Source: Selaginella moellendorffii
Lineage: Eukaryota; Plantae; Lycopodiophyta
Direction of reading: 5' to 3'
NCBI RefSeq assembly: GCF_000143415.4
Contig: NW_003314340.1
Coordinates: 738,161 to 802,160 of the forward strand
Length of the DNA stretch: 64,000 nucleotides
Of the stretch, positions 63,050 to 64,000 are shown piece by piece. The notes under the pieces are model-generated. The model searched no databases. It saw only the letters and a list, made by a program, of their open reading frames with translations, and had not been told where the DNA came from. Position numbers and translations under genes: made by a program. Each line of letters opens with the position of its first letter. The first letter of the stretch is position 1.

Positions 63050-63862
63050 TCCGAAAAGTAATCTGACTGAGCCCGGGGATAGCGGATGAATCCTTGTTGG
63101 TAGAGCTCTTCCGCGGCCTGCAAGTTCAAAGGTTGCCGATTGATAAACACGAACCAACAGCTTAGAGATTCACACCTTCATTGTCTCCTGAGACCCAAGG
63201 CAATCTTTCGAGCGTGCACGAATGACCAACGGAAGATAATTTAACCGTAGCAAGAGGCTCTTCCACGCACATTTCATATATGGCAACGGCGGGTACATAG
63301 TCGAAGAGATGGCCACGCCTGCGAAACGTAGAAACTAAGCAAGCTACGACTTACGCCCATTTGAAGGACGCTCTGTCGTTCTCCGAGCTGTACACGCAGT
63401 TCATGGTCCAAAAACCTTCAGGATGAACTTGCCAGTATCTTTCAACGACAAAGCCTCGAGTATGTTGGCTACTGGAATGGAGATTCTCTCTTCTCTCGTT
63501 ACCTGGCACGGGCCATGGCTCGTCAAATGGAAGAACAAAGCGGTCCTTGTCTGAAAGCGAGTGAAGGAAGCACCTCTACGTACATCGATCTCCTAGACAT
63601 CTGTTAGAACCAAAAACGAAAAAGGAACTTCAAAGCTTAGAGAAAAACCTGGCGGGCGTCCACAGCATCCGAAAGATTGCGATCTGGCCGGGTGCCAATT
63701 CTGTGCAGCGTGTGCTGGATTACCCTGCAGAAACTATCAGTCCCAAAAGAAGAGAAACAATGGAAGTGTCTCGAAAAATGCTGAGAAGCGAGTGTAAGAG
63801 TCCACTAACATTGAGACAAACCTCTACCACTTCGTAGGCAATGTTCTCGCCTTCTCGATCAA
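63050..63862 (-). pseudogene. DNA topoisomerase III alpha (TOP3A)-like gene fragment
   Basis: Exon remnants DREGENIAYEVVEVC, AVDARQEIDVRRGASFTRFQT, GPCQ, GFVVERYW, GHLFDY and AEELYQQGFIRYPR (catalytic Tyr motif). The N-terminal TOPRIM start and the C-terminal part are not found. Confidence 0.72.
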
Positions 63863-64000
63863 TTAACTAGCTAGAGCTTTCTCCCATTTCTCCTCGGCCG
63901 CAAGATACCGTTTACTAAACCCTAAAGGAACCATGGCGGAGGGAAATCTACTGATGGCGTGGTTGTGTGGAGGCCGGCCAATACGTCTACGAACTATGCC

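Overview
This is eukaryotic land-plant DNA. The compact genes, ~47-60 nt introns and PLS-class PPR genes suggest a lycophyte such as Selaginella (inference). The gene-rich left flank (1-11 kb) holds a U-box/ARM E3 ligase, a type I metacaspase, a secreted peptide precursor, a group C MAPK and tRNA-Glu(CTC). The right flank (44-64 kb) holds a ycf45-like ATPase, an alpha-carbonic anhydrase, a 2OG dioxygenase, a KDPG aldolase, a DHHC acyltransferase, two PPR genes, a TOM1/THH1-like gene and a TOP3A fragment. Between them lies a ~29 kb nest of transposable elements. The main discovery is a 13.2 kb cut-and-paste DNA transposon (12509-25755) with 24 bp terminal inverted repeats (TIRs) and a 4 bp ATGT target-site duplication (TSD). 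It carries a Sola-like DDD transposase. Divergent from the transposase is one spliced ~1,650 aa accessory gene that joins a ParB/Srx-like domain, a degenerate amino-DNA-methyltransferase-like fold, an acidic linker and an FCP1/NIF-type HAD phosphatase. The element contains about 20 or more copies of a 22 bp palindrome (ATGGCRTGWGGCCWCAYGCCAT), several placed one per intron, resembling a parS/ParB or VANDAL/VANC-style self-recognition system. Other notable features are a young chromovirus whose integrase is split by two spliceosomal-type introns, a Cassandra-like TRIM with 5S rRNA-derived LTRs, and a peptide precursor carrying both CLE-like and IDA-like motifs. All domain calls come from reading motifs by eye, not from database searches.
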